Shown in pieces: positions 28,911 through 38,572 of a DNA stretch of 64,000 nt. Location: NCBI GenBank assembly GCA_025056305.1, contig JANWWJ010000025.1, positions 57,476 to 121,475 of the forward strand, in the 5' to 3' direction. Each line of letters begins with the position of its first letter. The first letter of the stretch is position 1. The stretch comes from Chitinophagales bacterium. Lineage in GTDB: Bacteria > Bacteroidota > Bacteroidia > Chitinophagales > UBA10324. Below the pieces are notes generated by a model. It did no database searches and was not told the origin of the DNA. It saw only the letters and a program-made list of their open reading frames with translations. The position numbers and the translations under genes are program-made.

Positions 28911-31766
28911 TTACATTTTTATAAATCGGAATAAGGCATGCCTATGAGCATCATGGAGGCGGAGCACATAGATGCCGGCAGGCAGTTCTGCCACTGAAAT
29001 GTGCACGGCTGAAGCAAATCCATGAGGCATTTGCGCATCACCAGCTTGCAAAAGCCTACCGCTCAAGCTGATGATGGCATACTGAACCGAGCCGCTGAAC
29101 GCAGAGGTAGGTACGTTCAAGTACTCTGTAGCCGGATTGGGATACAACCACGGCATTGCGTCCGATAAACCTGTATGGGTGTAAATAATGCCACCAGGCA
29201 AAGCCGTATCGCTGTACATCACCTGCAAGCGATAGCAGTTGAGGGCATCATACAGAGTGTCATTATGAATAACCTGTAGGTAGAAACTTAACGGAGGTAA
29301 GGCATTAATGATCAGCGTGTCTGCATCGGTGCCGGCAGTCGAAGTCTGATAAATGAGATATCCCAAAGGATCATATAAAGCCAGGTCATAATTCACCGTG
29401 GCATCTCGGACGATCATTTGCAGGTTAGGATAGGTGGGCGTGGGGGTGAGCACGAACCAGTCGGCATCGATGCTGTCCGGCACGCAACCGTTCACTCCAT
29501 AAATAGTAGAAGAGCCCAGCAAGAAGGCCGGCGCCCCCTTTGCTGTAGCGAGGCTTTCATTGGGTTCAAAGGGATCATAGCAATTGGAAAATGGAGAAAA
29601 CTTATATACAATAGTTTCGCTATAACCACCATTAAAGACGGATTGGTGCGTATTTGGGGTTACCAGCATATCTCCTGCAGTGGGGCGGCCGATCACATAG
29701 ATGAATCCGCTGGTATCAACATCTAAGTCTTCAAATTGCTGACCGACCGGACCACCCCAATATGTCGTCCAATCGGGCAAGCCGTCAAAACCAAATTTGC
29801 CGATGAAACAGTCGGCAGCGGTATTTTTCACCGGCTGCATCGCATGCCCGTAGATCATGTTGTCTGGACTATTTGTGGAGCCCACCACATAATAAAATTT
29901 GTGCTTGCGATCGATATCGCCTCCCCAGAGATTTTCTATAGCAGATCCGCCATAGTAAGTCCCCCACAATCGCATACCGGAACTGTCGAACCGAACCAGG
30001 TAGTTGTCTTCATTGGGGCTTCCTGGATTTGATACTTTACGGGTAGGCTGCAGACTTGTTGGCGTAGCAATTCCAGTGTCACTATTGGTAAAGCCCGCCA
30101 GAAATATGGTACCTGTGGAATCTACCTCCACGCTCCGCGTACGATCTTCTCCCTCGCCTCCATAATAGGTGCACCATAAACGATGACCCGCCGTGTCAAA
30201 CTTGCATAAGAATGCATCAGCATTGGAGCCTCCAAAAACAGTCTGATGTGCTCCCGGTGTTGCAATTCCTTTCTTGCTCGATGTGGTACCGGCAGCGTAG
30301 ATATGGCCAAAAAGGTCCAAGGTTATGGCATGAAACCGATCCACGCCTGAATCACCTAAATACGTTGCCCAAATGCGCTTACCCGAGGGGCTGAACTTGG
30401 CTATAAAGCCATCATCGTAATTGTGTTTAACTGTTTGAAAAGCACCTGGTGTAGCGATTCCGGTGTCGCTATAGGTCGTGCCGGCAAGATATAGATAGCC
30501 GGCTGCATCGCAGATCATACTGCGGATATTTTCACTTCCCGCTCCTCCATAATAAGTGGACCACAACAGCATGCCATTGCTGCTGAATTTGGCAAATAGG
30601 TTGTCGGCTGCTGTTCCGGAGATGGCTGTCTTGTGCGCTCCAGCCGTAGCCATACCGCTGCTTTGGGTGTTTCCTCCAATAAAAACGTTTTCCGAAGGAT
30701 CTAATGCTCCGGCATAACAGTAATCCTTATCAGAGCCGCCGAAATATGTGGCCCAGATGATGTTGCCTTTAACATCAAACTTAGCCAAATAGTAATCATA
30801 AATTCCTCCGGCAAACGAAGTTTGATGGGCATTGGCCGTGGCAATGAATTGCGAACTGATGGTATGCCCACAGATATATACTTGTTGGTCTTTAGCAGCA
30901 TAGATCTCCACCGGTTCGTCTCCGCCACCACCTCCATAGTAAGTTCCCCAAATTATGTTCGGATCGATGATGAGGAATTTTTCTTTGTCGTAAGCAGGGG
31001 TAACAAAGGCTCGTTGCGTGCCGTTAAAGGCGAAAGCCCCTCCCGACAAAGGCTGCCCGAAATCGGTAAAAAACAAAGGTCTGGTTTCCGTGACAGTTCC
31101 CAGCGGGGTGTGCACGACGAAGTCCTCTGCGCCGTTGAGGCCTAAAGAGGTGGCGCCGGTGTAAATCCAACCGATAAGAGAAGGGTCGGCTCCCGGCCGC
31201 ACTACAAATTCGTATCTTGGAAAATTATATTGATCTTTTGGTGCATAAAAAATAAGATCAATACCTGGATAAAGCTGTTCGTAGACCAATTGCTGATAAG
31301 CCGGGACTGATTCAAAGCGGTTTTGCTCGACAGGGGCAAAATAGTAATGAAACACTGCTTGTGCCGGGCGTAGGGCTTTGAGCTGCACCGCCGGCGAACT
31401 GCCGGAAAAGTGAACATCTACGCGATGCACATAAAGTGTACCGGCCAAAGGCTGATCTTCGGCTCGCTGCCAGCTAGCATCGGATTCGTTTCGCCCATGC
31501 GATTGGGGTTGCACAGACCACAGCTCGTAACTAAATCCGTCGGCGCGGAAATGCATGCGAAATGCTCCATCGCTATACAGGTATTGAACGGCATGGTTAA
31601 CCGCTCCGTGCTGATCGCGGAATTGACCTTTATTTTGAATAAATAACCGGGCCGCACATGCAAACGATGCGGCTGAAGCCGATGTTCTTGCATAGGCTAT
31701 GGGAAGACTGCCCACGTATGCTGCAACAAGAAACAACAAAAAACAAAAAGTGCGGAAAAATTGCAT
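28911..31766 (-). CDS. T9SS cargo: seven-bladed SBBP-type beta-propeller repeat protein (paralogue B)
   Basis: Colinear with paralogue A. Seven W-x-T-Y-x-G-[GD] motifs (IIWGTYYGG, IIWATYFGG, LLWSTYYGG, RIWATYLGD, RLWCTYYGG, RLWGTYYGG, PDWTTYWGG). PPC-like NYDLALYDPLGYLIY. CTD LYPNPATEYLNV...GIYVLRL. Confidence 0.8.
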   Translation of the reverse strand: MQFFRTFCFLLFLVAAYVGSLPIAYARTSASAASFACAARLFIQNKGQFRDQHGAVNHAVQYLYSDGAFRMHFRADGFSYELWSVQPQSHGRNESDASWQRAEDQPLAGTLYVHRVDVHFSGSSPAVQLKALRPAQAVFHYYFAPVEQNRFESVPAYQQLVYEQLYPGIDLIFYAPKDQYNFPRYEFVVRPGADPSLIGWIYTGATSLGLNGAEDFVVHTPLGTVTETRPLFFTDFGQPLSGGAFAFNGTQRAFVTPAYDKEKFLIIDPNIIWGTYYGGGGGDEPVEIYAAKDQQVYICGHTISSQFIATANAHQTSFAGGIYDYYLAKFDVKGNIIWATYFGGSDKDYCYAGALDPSENVFIGGNTQSSGMATAGAHKTAISGTAADNLFAKFSSNGMLLWSTYYGGAGSENIRSMICDAAGYLYLAGTTYSDTGIATPGAFQTVKHNYDDGFIAKFSPSGKRIWATYLGDSGVDRFHAITLDLFGHIYAAGTTSSKKGIATPGAHQTVFGGSNADAFLCKFDTAGHRLWCTYYGGEGEDRTRSVEVDSTGTIFLAGFTNSDTGIATPTSLQPTRKVSNPGSPNEDNYLVRFDSSGMRLWGTYYGGSAIENLWGGDIDRKHKFYYVVGSTNSPDNMIYGHAMQPVKNTAADCFIGKFGFDGLPDWTTYWGGPVGQQFEDLDVDTSGFIYVIGRPTAGDMLVTPNTHQSVFNGGYSETIVYKFSPFSNCYDPFEPNESLATAKGAPAFLLGSSTIYGVNGCVPDSIDADWFVLTPTPTYPNLQMIVRDATVNYDLALYDPLGYLIYQTSTAGTDADTLIINALPPLSFYLQVIHNDTLYDALNCYRLQVMYSDTALPGGIIYTHTGLSDAMPWLYPNPATEYLNVPTSAFSGSVQYAIISLSGRLLQAGDAQMPHGFASAVHISVAELPAGIYVLRLHDAHRHALFRFIKM

Positions 31767-31776
31767 GAGCGCAAAA

Positions 31777-32532
31777 CTAATTTAGCGCATCCTTTTTTGG
31801 GGGACGGGCAGCCTGGCGTCGAAGCAAATTAACTTCTTGAGCTGTGAGGTAACGCCAGTGGCCGGGAGGCAACTTGCGCTTGGTCAGGCCTGCAAAGCAG
31901 GTTCGGTCTAGTTTTTCTACTTTATATCCTAAATGTTCAAAGATGCGCCGTACAATCCGGTTTTTACCGGAATGAAGTTCCAAACCCACCACCCGCCTAT
32001 CTTTAGGATCTGCAAAAGCAACGGCATCCACATAGGCAGGCCCATCTTCCAGCACCACACCAGCGGCTATTTGTTCCAAATGCGAACGGGTCAGGGGTTT
32101 ATCCAAAGTTATCCGATAAACTTTGGTAATGTTGTTGGACGGATGAAGGAGCCGCTGGACCAAATCACCATCGTTGGTGAGCAGTAATACCCCGCTGGTA
32201 TTGCGATCCAACCGCCCGACCGGGTAAAGCCGCTCTGGATGCGGCCAGTCTATCAAATCCATAACCGTACGTCGTCCTTTTTCATCACTGGTGGTGGTAA
32301 TGACACCCCGAGGCTTGTTCAATAACACATAGTATTTTTTCTCTATGCGAACAGGACGACCCTTAAAGGTTACGCGGTCGTCAGGATGTACTCTGCACGA
32401 GGGGTCGCGCACTATTGTGCCATTGACACAAACCCATCCGGCCTTTATCCACTCGGCACAACGGCGGCGGGAGCCCAGGCCACAATGCGCCAAGTATTTA
32501 TTCAAAACCGGTAATTCATCGGATCGTGTCAC
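31777..32532 (-). CDS. Pseudouridine synthase, RsuA/RluB family (S4 domain plus catalytic domain)
   Basis: S4 region LNKYLAHCGLGSRRRC and catalytic motif GRLDRNTSGVLLLTNDG. The track start at 32625 is TTG and has no ATG alternative. In-frame GTG at 32532 or TTG at 32505 (giving MNKYLAHCG) are more plausible and remove the overlap with the divergent LOG gene. Confidence 0.8.
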   Translation of the reverse strand: MTRSDELPVLNKYLAHCGLGSRRRCAEWIKAGWVCVNGTIVRDPSCRVHPDDRVTFKGRPVRIEKKYYVLLNKPRGVITTTSDEKGRRTVMDLIDWPHPERLYPVGRLDRNTSGVLLLTNDGDLVQRLLHPSNNITKVYRITLDKPLTRSHLEQIAAGVVLEDGPAYVDAVAFADPKDRRVVGLELHSGKNRIVRRIFEHLGYKVEKLDRTCFAGLTKRKLPPGHWRYLTAQEVNLLRRQAARPPKKDALN

Positions 32533-32594
32533 CAGCGGCTGAAGTACAAGCTTCGCAAAAGTATTGGCCCTGCCGTTTTGTAGCTTCGTCGTCA

Positions 32595-33374
32595 ATGAAT
32601 GAAGAGGTCCTTTTGCAAGGGGCAAAGCAAGCTACCTCCAATGAACACGAGCGTCGCTTTCTGGAAGGGCCTCGTTCGCGGTGGGATGAATTCTGCTTTC
32701 TGCTCCGTGTTATGGGCCAGTTCATAAAAGGATTTCAGGTTTTGCATTTTGTGGGCCCGTGCATTACCGTCTTCGGATCAGCCCGCTTTGCCGAGGGGCA
32801 TCCATACTATGACTTAGCCCGCCAGATGGGTCAAGTTATCAGTTCATTGGGTTTTACCGTCCTAACCGGTGGTGGACCCGGTTTGATGGAAGCTGCCAAT
32901 CGTGGCGCAAAGGACATCGGCGGCCGATCCGTAGGCTGCAACATTAAGTTGCCCAGCGAACAGCTGCCCAACGCCTACTTGGATAAGTGGGTCACCGTAA
33001 ATCATTTTTTTGTCCGTAAGGTATTGTTGCTGAAATACTCCTATGCCTTTGTCGTCCTCCCCGGAGGCTTCGGCACATTAGACGAATTGTTTGAAACGCT
33101 AACCTTAATTCAAACACGAAAAATTCATAGTTTTCCAATTGTGTTGATGGGCAAGTCGTACTGGAATACATTAATAGAATTCATTTATGAAATGGAGCAA
33201 GCCGGTACCATCAGCCGAGGGGATTTACGTTTACTAAAAATTACCGATGATCCAGAAGAAGCACGACAACACCTCACTGCATTTGCGATACCCGTGTTGC
33301 GCCAGCGACGCCCCCCCTTATTTCGGCCACTTCGGTGGTTGGGCGAAATTCCCTTTCTGAAAAATGTAAAGTAG
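32595..33374 (+). CDS. LOG family protein (TIGR00730-type Rossmann fold; cytokinin riboside 5'-monophosphate phosphoribohydrolase-like)
   Basis: Motifs GGGPGLMEAANRGA and PGGFGTLDELFE. The ATG at 32595 (MNEEV...) is preferred over the GTG at 32526. Confidence 0.85.
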   Translation: MNEEVLLQGAKQATSNEHERRFLEGPRSRWDEFCFLLRVMGQFIKGFQVLHFVGPCITVFGSARFAEGHPYYDLARQMGQVISSLGFTVLTGGGPGLMEAANRGAKDIGGRSVGCNIKLPSEQLPNAYLDKWVTVNHFFVRKVLLLKYSYAFVVLPGGFGTLDELFETLTLIQTRKIHSFPIVLMGKSYWNTLIEFIYEMEQAGTISRGDLRLLKITDDPEEARQHLTAFAIPVLRQRRPPLFRPLRWLGEIPFLKNVK

Positions 33375-33386
33375 TTTTCTCAGGAT

Positions 33387-34418
33387 ATGTTGATTTTCCT
33401 GATGGGTTTTCTCATCATATCGATGGCTGCAAGCGCTCAAACGTGGCGATGGCACATAGCTGCCGGTAATACCATGTATTTCGGCGACCTGGGCAATGAA
33501 CGTCACTTTCCGTTTTCTGAAATCCATCATGGTTTCCTTGGTGGCCTCAGCTATGCTTTTCCGGCCAGAAACGGCCGGGCTTCCATGTTCACTGCTGAGG
33601 GTAACCTCACTTACTTGCGTATTGGTTACGATGAAACCAAACCGCTGTTGTTCAGCCGGGTGAGTGGAACAGACCTGCGCAATTTTCGCCGGGGCCTCAA
33701 TTTCCGCAATGACCTAATCGGTTTTGATGGCCGCATGGTTTTCACCTTGCCCCCTTTCCGCAATCGCCCCGATTACAAACAGCGACTGGCCCTGTATTTT
33801 TTTGCCGGAGCGGGAATGTTTCGCTCCAACCCCAAAGCTGACCTGTTTCGCGGGCCCATCCATCCCGCCAACCGTTACTATTATTGGAACGACGGCACGC
33901 TTCGCGATGCACCGGAAGGCACCGATCAAGCTCGCATCGTAGCCCGTGATGGGGAATATGAAACCACCTTACGCGAGTGGTACACCGAAGGTCAAAGCCG
34001 CTACCGGGTAGCCGGCCAAAAGCAGATGTACAGCCTGTGGCAGCCGGCATTTCCTCATGGCGGCGGTTTCCGCCTTTACACCAGCCGTTTTTCTCATCTG
34101 GCATTAGAAATATCTTTTTACGACTTTTTCTTTTCTGATTATCTGGATGATGCCAGCCATCGCTATGCAACCTATGCCGAAATTGAACGCAACTTTCCCG
34201 GCGACCCCTATCGACAAGAGCTGGCACGTTACATTACGGATCCCAGCGGGTGGGGCTCAGATGGATACAATGGGCCGGCAAGCAGCCGCAGAGGAAATCC
34301 CCAAAAGTTCGACTGGGTTTATTTCATGAATTTGCGCTATATGATGGAGTTTCATCAGCCCAAGATGGCCTCCTATAAAAGCCGGACAAAAAAAGGACAA
34401 GGCTGCCCCGCCTTTTGA
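33387..34418 (+). CDS. Hypothetical secreted protein, possibly an outer-membrane beta-barrel (DUF6089-like)
   Basis: Signal peptide MLIFLMGFLIISMAASAQ. Alternating aromatic/hydrophilic strands and an N-terminal YFGDLGN motif reminiscent of DUF6089. The assignment is tentative. Confidence 0.35.
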   Translation: MLIFLMGFLIISMAASAQTWRWHIAAGNTMYFGDLGNERHFPFSEIHHGFLGGLSYAFPARNGRASMFTAEGNLTYLRIGYDETKPLLFSRVSGTDLRNFRRGLNFRNDLIGFDGRMVFTLPPFRNRPDYKQRLALYFFAGAGMFRSNPKADLFRGPIHPANRYYYWNDGTLRDAPEGTDQARIVARDGEYETTLREWYTEGQSRYRVAGQKQMYSLWQPAFPHGGGFRLYTSRFSHLALEISFYDFFFSDYLDDASHRYATYAEIERNFPGDPYRQELARYITDPSGWGSDGYNGPASSRRGNPQKFDWVYFMNLRYMMEFHQPKMASYKSRTKKGQGCPAF

Positions 34419-34469
34419 GCACCATCCTCTGAGCTCGGCAGGCACCTTACTTTACTTTTCTTTGTAGCC

Positions 34470-36011
34470 ATGGGGTTGTCATCAGAGTTACGTCGGGTGC
34501 GTACGGCCCTCGTTTCCGTTTTTCAGAAACAGGGACTGGAGCCCTTGGCAAAAGTGTTAAAGGACCAGAACGTCAAAGTGTTCAGTACCGCAGGAACAAA
34601 AGCATTTCTGCAAGATCTGGGCTTAAACGTGATTGCTATTGAAGATATTACCGGATTTACCGAACTGCTGGACGGCCGTGTAAAAACGCTGCATCCGGCC
34701 GTCATGGGAGCTATACTCAGCCGGCGAACTGCTGCTGACAACGAGCAAATACAACACTATGGCATGGAACCCATTGATTTAGTTGTGGTTGACTTATATC
34801 CCTTTGAAGAAACCGTGGCCGCCGGTGCCGATCACCAGAAAGTCATCGAACAAATTGACATCGGAGGTGTCGCATTGCTGCGTGCGGCAGCAAAAAACTT
34901 TATGGAAGTCTTGATATGTCCATCGCATAAACATTACGCAACAGTGGCTGACTTGCTCTCTGCAAAGCAGGGCCAAACTACCCAGCAAGAGCGGCAACAC
35001 TATGCTGCCGAGGCTTTTGCTTTAGCTTCCCGCTACGATGCCTTGATTGCCCGCTACCTGAGCGGTCAAACCACAGTCCTATTGCATGAGTTGGAGGGAA
35101 AAGCCAGTGGCCTATTGATGTTGCGTTATGGTGAAAATCCACATCAACAAGGAAATTTTTATGGTGATTTAACCACGCGCTTGCGCCAGCTTGGAGGCAA
35201 GCAATTATCCTACAACAATCTTTTGGATGCAGATGCGGCGCTTGGGTTGCTTGAGGAATTCAGTGATCCCACCTGCGTCATTGTAAAACACACCAATGCA
35301 TGCGGCTGTGCCTCGGCTGCTGACGTTACGGTTGCCTATCGACGTGCATATGCAAGTGACCCTCAGTCTGCCTTTGGAGGCGTCATCGCAGTGAACCGCA
35401 TCGTCGGTCGCGAATTGGCTGAAACAATACATGATTTGTTTTTTGAAATGTTGATTGCGCCATCGTTTGCGGACGAGGCACTTGAGCTCTTGCAACACCT
35501 CCGGCAACGCATTCTGCTACAGCAATTGTTGCCCATAGGAACCACTGCACCCCTGCTGCGCAGTGCGCTGGGCGGCCTTTTGGTGCAACAGGCCGATCAG
35601 GCCTTGAGTAAGCCGCAAAACTGGAAAGTGGTTACCAGAATCGAACCCAAACCCCAGCATGTTGCCGATCTGCTCTTTGCTGAAAAATGCGTGAAACACT
35701 TAAAGTCAAATGCCATTGCCCTGGTCCGAAATCAACAGTTGGTCGGCATGGGTTGCGGACAGCCATCGCGTATAGATGCTGTTCATCAAGCCCTGGCAAG
35801 GGCTGAGCGCAACGGTCTTGGGGCCTCCCAAGCAGTAATGGCCAGTGATGCTTTTTTCCCTTTCCCCGACAGTATAGAGGCTGCGGCGGCTGCAGGTATA
35901 ATTGCCATTCTGCAGCCCGGCGGCAGTCGTCGCGATGCCGAAGTTATCGAAGCCTGCAACCGGTTGGGGCTTGCCATGGTGTTTACCGGACTGCGTCATT
36001 TCCGGCATTAA
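34470..36011 (+). CDS. purH: Bifunctional AICAR transformylase / IMP cyclohydrolase
   Basis: MGS-like N-terminus (ALVSVFQKQGLEPLAKVL..STAGTKAFL..GRVKTLHPAV) and AICARFT C-terminus (KHTNACG, LRHFRH end). Confidence 0.93.
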   Translation: MGLSSELRRVRTALVSVFQKQGLEPLAKVLKDQNVKVFSTAGTKAFLQDLGLNVIAIEDITGFTELLDGRVKTLHPAVMGAILSRRTAADNEQIQHYGMEPIDLVVVDLYPFEETVAAGADHQKVIEQIDIGGVALLRAAAKNFMEVLICPSHKHYATVADLLSAKQGQTTQQERQHYAAEAFALASRYDALIARYLSGQTTVLLHELEGKASGLLMLRYGENPHQQGNFYGDLTTRLRQLGGKQLSYNNLLDADAALGLLEEFSDPTCVIVKHTNACGCASAADVTVAYRRAYASDPQSAFGGVIAVNRIVGRELAETIHDLFFEMLIAPSFADEALELLQHLRQRILLQQLLPIGTTAPLLRSALGGLLVQQADQALSKPQNWKVVTRIEPKPQHVADLLFAEKCVKHLKSNAIALVRNQQLVGMGCGQPSRIDAVHQALARAERNGLGASQAVMASDAFFPFPDSIEAAAAAGIIAILQPGGSRRDAEVIEACNRLGLAMVFTGLRHFRH

Positions 36012-36015
36012 GGCG

Positions 36016-36042
36016 CTGAAGGCTGTCTTTTTTCAGCCTCAG
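36016..36042. terminator. Possible bidirectional hairpin between convergent purH and the OmpA-family gene
   Basis: ctgaaggctg-tctttttt-cagcctcag: a 9-bp stem with one bulge and a T-rich loop/tail. It overlaps the OmpA-family stop codon. Confidence 0.35.
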
Positions 36043-37421
36043 TCTTCCACCAGCACGATTTCCACCCTGCGGTTTAAGGCACGGCCCCGTTCATCGCGGT
36101 TATCGGCAATAGGATTCTGGAAATTAAGACCAACAATGCGCAAACGGTTAGCTTCTATACCCTGGCTTACCAAAAAGTCCCGCACTGCACCAGCCCGTGC
36201 CTCGGAAAGCCGCTGATTGTAGCGGCGTGAGCCGATGTTGTCCGTATAACCGTAGAGTTCACAAATGAATTGCGGATGTCTTTTTAAATACGTTGCGAGA
36301 GCACTCAGCTCGTCTTTAGAAGTATCGGGGATAATGGCTTTATCCGTGTCGAAATGGATGTTGGTCAAGGTGAAGCGTTCGTATTCGGCTTGTTCGCGGT
36401 CAAGGCTATCGCGCTCTCGACTACTGCGAGTTACCGGAATACCGAACAGGCTGTCGAGGTGGTGGCTAAGGTCCACATATTCTTTGAAGCGGGGCTGTGC
36501 GGGATCACGCACGCTGCGAAAGCTGTGCTTTTGCAGAAAAACCCCTGAATCATACTGCGGATCGCCAACGTCACCTATAGCAATCTTCATGTGGTATTTG
36601 CGGAACGGCACCACGTAATAGGTAGCGGTCATCACCGTGGTCAATCCGTCAAACTGAAGCTGCTGCACCCTTTGCTGGGGTAAACGTTTTAGCTTTTTGA
36701 GGTCCGTTTCGTAATAATCGCTGTATGGGTTTTTGTCTTTCTTCTTCTCCTTGCCCGGCAAATTTTTTTTCAAATCAACCTTTTTAAAATAATCATTATC
36801 CAGATAAAACTGACTGTTGTTTTTGGCATTGACGTTGTTAACGGTTACGGGGATGAGGGAACGAGGGAGTGTAGCCAGATTTACGGGATTCATTTTTTCG
36901 CCGCTCAGCACGAAAGCAAAAACGTCGTTGTAACGGCTGTGCACGTATTCTGGATATTCTTCTGAACCGAAGACATAAGTAAATGAAATTTTATTATGAA
37001 AAGCAATAAAGTCAAATTCTACCACCGTCACATCGTAGGTTACGCTGCGCGAGACGCGATTGAGATCACGGTCGCCTTTCGGCTTCGTACGGGTGTGCAG
37101 GGGGAAAAAGCTGGTCGTGGTCCACGGTGAATTATTCAAGCCTGCGGCATCGGCGGCTCGGCCCGTGCTGAGGATGATGCCGCTATCCAAGCCGGTAACG
37201 CGATCGGCATCGGCGAACCAGCCAATGCTGCTTTGCCGGCCTTGAAAGGAAACATTACGCACGGCAATGCCTTCGCCTACAAGAAATCGGGTTATCAGCT
37301 GTTCTGCGGTAAGATTGGTATCGATGACTATCTGAGCGATACCTGCAGGCATCCAACCCAGCAACAGACATGCTGAGGCCACCGTCAGTTTGATGCAATC
37401 GGCCATGTGAAAGCCAAGCAT
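36039..37421 (-). CDS. OmpA-family peptidoglycan-binding protein with an N-terminal choice-of-anchor-L-like domain
   Basis: C-terminal OmpA_C motif: NIHFDTDKAII...YGYTDNIGSRRYNQRLSEARAGAVRDFLVSQGI...NRRVEIVLV. N-terminus LTAEQLITRFLVGEGIAVRNVSFQG...GLDSGIILSTG resembles choice-of-anchor L. Lys-rich linker. Signal peptide. Confidence 0.75.
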   Translation of the reverse strand: MLGFHMADCIKLTVASACLLLGWMPAGIAQIVIDTNLTAEQLITRFLVGEGIAVRNVSFQGRQSSIGWFADADRVTGLDSGIILSTGRAADAAGLNNSPWTTTSFFPLHTRTKPKGDRDLNRVSRSVTYDVTVVEFDFIAFHNKISFTYVFGSEEYPEYVHSRYNDVFAFVLSGEKMNPVNLATLPRSLIPVTVNNVNAKNNSQFYLDNDYFKKVDLKKNLPGKEKKKDKNPYSDYYETDLKKLKRLPQQRVQQLQFDGLTTVMTATYYVVPFRKYHMKIAIGDVGDPQYDSGVFLQKHSFRSVRDPAQPRFKEYVDLSHHLDSLFGIPVTRSSRERDSLDREQAEYERFTLTNIHFDTDKAIIPDTSKDELSALATYLKRHPQFICELYGYTDNIGSRRYNQRLSEARAGAVRDFLVSQGIEANRLRIVGLNFQNPIADNRDERGRALNRRVEIVLVED

Positions 37422-37549
37422 GCCTGAGCAAATTAACTGCGAAAGCGCTTTTAGCGGGTCAAGCCGACCAAAAACAGCCCGGTGGTGTTGTTCTTTTTTT
37501 CAACTTTGCAGCCGCACCACGCCAGCGCCGTGAGGGGTAAAGGCCTATT

Positions 37550-38572
37550 ATGAAGCTTTTCAACTTTTTCACGCAAGAAATTGCCATAGACCTGGGAACG
37601 GCAAATACCGTCATCATCCACAACGACAAGGTGGTGGTAGATGAGCCTTCGATTGTTGCCATCAACCGGCTGACAAACAAAGTGGTGGCCGTTGGGAAGA
37701 AGGCCATGCAGATGCATGAAAAGACACACGACAACTTAAAAACCATTCGCCCGCTGAAGGATGGCGTTATTGCCGACTTTGCGGCTGCTGAAAGCATGAT
37801 ACGGGAAATGATCAAGATGATCAACCCCAAAGGGTTCCTGTTTGCGCCCACCTGGCGCATGGTCATCTGTATTCCCAGCTCCATTACGGAAGTAGAAAAA
37901 AGAGCCGTCCGTGACTCGGCCGAACAGGCCGGAGCCCGAGAGGTTTATTTGATTCACGAGCCCATGGCCGCGGCTCTGGGTTTGGGCATCGATGTAGAAG
38001 AACCTGTCGGTCACATGATTATTGACATTGGCGGAGGCACAACCGGCATTTCGGTCATCGCTCTTGCCGGCATTGTTTGTGATCAGAGCATCCGCGTGGC
38101 CGGCGATGAGTTTACCGCCGACATCATTGACTACATACGTCGGCAGCACAACATGCTTATTGGTGAACGCACTGCTGAAGCAATAAAAATTCATGTTGGT
38201 TCTGCACTGCCGGAGTTGGACGATCCCCCTGAAGAGTTTCCCGTACATGGTCGCGACCTGATGACGGGGATTCCGAAACAGATTATGGTCAATTACCAAG
38301 AAATCGCTCATGCCCTGGACAAGTCCATATCCAAGATTGAAGAAGCAGTGTTGCGGGCTTTAGAAACGACACCACCGGAACTGGCCTCCGACATTCACCG
38401 CCATGGCTTACACCTGACGGGAGGCGGTGCTTTGTTGCGGGGGTTGGATAAAAGATTGTCGCAAAAAACGAAGTTGCCGGTGACGGTGGCCGACGATCCG
38501 TTGCGAGCCGTGGTGCGCGGAACCGGCATTGCCCTCAAAAACATCAAACGGTTCCCATTTCTGATGACCTGA
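37550..38572 (+). CDS. mreB: Rod shape-determining protein MreB
   Basis: Actin-fold motifs IAIDLGTANT, DIGGGTT and LTGGGALLRGLD; 340 aa. Confidence 0.95.
   Translation: MKLFNFFTQEIAIDLGTANTVIIHNDKVVVDEPSIVAINRLTNKVVAVGKKAMQMHEKTHDNLKTIRPLKDGVIADFAAAESMIREMIKMINPKGFLFAPTWRMVICIPSSITEVEKRAVRDSAEQAGAREVYLIHEPMAAALGLGIDVEEPVGHMIIDIGGGTTGISVIALAGIVCDQSIRVAGDEFTADIIDYIRRQHNMLIGERTAEAIKIHVGSALPELDDPPEEFPVHGRDLMTGIPKQIMVNYQEIAHALDKSISKIEEAVLRALETTPPELASDIHRHGLHLTGGGALLRGLDKRLSQKTKLPVTVADDPLRAVVRGTGIALKNIKRFPFLMT

Noticed and set aside
32533-32625. Apparent 100-nt head-to-head overlap of the pseudouridine synthase and LOG genes
   Set aside because: Both track starts are non-ATG (TTG at 32625, GTG at 32526). 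Using GTG 32532 or TTG 32505 for the synthase and ATG 32595 for LOG removes the overlap and gives family-typical N-termini. This is an annotation artefact, not overlapping genes.
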